A stretch of 64,000 bases of DNA from Candidatus Campbellbacteria bacterium. Lineage in GTDB: Bacteria; Patescibacteriota; Minisyncoccia; Phycocordibacterales; GCA-2747955. The translations under genes were made by a program, and so were the position numbers. Location of the stretch: the NCBI GenBank assembly GCA_947311625.1, contig CAMZKW010000001.1, forward strand, positions 15,776 to 79,775, in the 5' to 3' direction. The notes beneath the pieces were generated by a model that was not told the DNA's origin, made no database searches, and saw only the letters and a program-made list of their open reading frames with translations. Position 1 is the stretch's first letter. Each line of letters begins with the position of its first letter. Positions 63,852-64,000 of this stretch are shown here, piece by piece.

Positions 63852-64000
63852 ATGAATTATACAACAGAAAATATCGGACCATTAACTTTGGTCACGATAA
63901 TTACCGAAAGAGGTATTAAAGTGACGGGAGCATATATGGAAGATTTTCTTCCAGAGATGCAAGCAGCATTAGGTGCTACTTTATCAAGAGACCCTGGATC
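63852..64000 (+). CDS. orphan SD-led ORF where rpsS would be expected; partial at the window end
   Basis: aaaggagtagaaATG. MNYTTENIGPLTLVTIITERGIKVTGAYMEDFLPEMQAALGATLSRDPG. GC-richer composition. Confidence 0.45.
   Translation, partial: MNYTTENIGPLTLVTIITERGIKVTGAYMEDFLPEMQAALGATLSRDPG

Noticed and set aside
1-64000. Dozens of adjacent same-frame ORF fragments that look like pseudogenes or a degraded genome
   Set aside because: Every break I checked is TGA, never TAA or TAG. The joined products are full-length conserved proteins, so this is recoding rather than decay.

Overview
This is a very AT-rich bacterial window in which almost every housekeeping gene looks broken in the standard-code ORF track. 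The breaks are all TGA. Reading TGA as Trp (code-4-like) rejoins the pieces into full-length genes. These include tsaD, ackA, comM, dnaB, a Pif1-type helicase, xerC/D, secY, mraZ-rsmH, map, murJ, ftsH, gatB/gatC, recJ, trmD, tuf and two ribosomal-protein blocks. A Trp-like tRNA with anticodon UCA sits about 210 nt (gene end to gene end) from tRNA-Trp(CCA). Cell-envelope genes (murJ, PAP2, the dcw start) argue against a mollicute. The small genes, the absence of L30 and the low GC resemble a CPR/Patescibacteria-type genome. Most host genes have a TGnTATAAT box 6-10 nt before the ATG and no Shine-Dalgarno, so they appear leaderless. The main oddity is about ten dispersed orphan cassettes. They are visibly GC-richer, have strong AAGGAGG ribosome-binding sites (several behind long structured leaders) and contain no in-frame TGA; all of their Trp codons are TGG. 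GC-palindromes flank them. Two cassettes share a paralogous promoter plus leader RNA, and two others share a terminator-promoter module. Other notable points are GC palindromes inserted in frame inside genes, ORFs that stay open past their stop codon, a frameshifted trmD, a fragmented S10/spc cluster, an MraZ operator array and ten tRNAs. No rRNA, CRISPR array or transposase was seen.
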